The position numbers and the translations under genes are program-made. Below, piece by piece: positions 63,432 through 64,000 of a stretch of 64,000 nt of DNA. The notes under the pieces are model-generated. The model did no database searches. It saw only the letters and a program-made list of their open reading frames with translations, and was not told where the DNA came from. Numbering within the stretch: position 1 is the first letter of the stretch; the number at the start of each line of letters is the position of its first letter. The stretch is taken from positions 127,162,001 through 127,226,000 of the forward strand of contig OZ024742.1 of assembly GCA_964016885.1 (NCBI GenBank), read 5' to 3'. Source of the DNA: Eledone cirrhosa (taxonomy: Eukaryota).

Positions 63432-64000
63432 TATATATATATACATATATATCTATATATATATACATATATATACACACACACACACACACACAGAGTC
63501 GTAATCCAGACAGCCAGGCATACAGACAGATATTATAAGGGCGCGACGTTGTAGCTATGTATCTATCTAAAAAGAGACAGACTAAGAATTATAGAGAGAT
63601 ATTGCTTTTTCGCCTAATGCGGTCCCTAGGGCATTGAAAATTTGAAATATTTTTTGCTCAAAACACACACACGACCATAAGTATTACATGTGTAAAGTTT
63701 GGTAAACAATCGGTTGGGTGATTCTCGAGTTTTAGGGAGTCAGACAGACTGACAATCTCTGTTTTCGATATATAGATAAAAATAGTAAAGAAATATTGGA
63801 AGATGGCGTGATAAGTAAACAAATTGAAAAAATGTTGTATATGGTAAAAGGTCACAAATGGGAACATAAGAGACATATAAATCAGTTTAAAAAAAGGTTT
63901 GTTGAAGAAAGGGTCACGAGAAATGAAGAACCAATCGAAATGTTATATGATATTTTCAATATGCCAACCCCCAAAGAAATCATTGAACCTACACGTACAA
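59935..64000 (+). mobile_element. Decayed Ty3/Gypsy LTR retrotransposon (gag-PR-RT-RH-IN), interrupted by a Helitron
   Basis: CFECGGIGH knuckle, DIGSD, YLDD, DASEYGLGA, TDHRPLL, HPG..C..C, VSDNGTQF. Many stops and frameshifts. Confidence 0.92.
63106..63776 (-). mobile_element. Non-autonomous Helitron inserted in the Gypsy integrase
   Basis: A|TC...hairpin-CTAG|T. Removing it restores AGA ATA TA|T AAA AAT (RIYKN). Confidence 0.8.

Overview
Repeat-saturated, AT-rich animal genomic DNA. The SINE and microsatellite style suggests a cephalopod mollusc such as Octopus (inference). Most short ORFs in the track are (TA)n/(TACA)n artefacts. Real content: two Penelope-like elements (PLEs; RT + GIY-YIG), an intact full-length RTE LINE, CR1/L2 and Tx1 fragments, a decayed Gypsy element and a solo LTR, non-autonomous Helitrons, SINEs, a 7.3-kb 39-bp minisatellite, and one 3-exon host gene (secreted protein with chitin-binding-like repeats). 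Main result: folding by eye finds about 21 type I hammerhead ribozyme (HHR) motifs from roughly 8 sequence types. Most lie in non-coding 420-620 bp units arranged as tandem and inverted copies inserted in (TA)n, i.e. retrozyme-like elements probably mobilised by the PLEs. They share a palindromic stem III and show unusual cores (U3-A8, U10.1-U11.1, U4A). All RNA folds are manual and untested.
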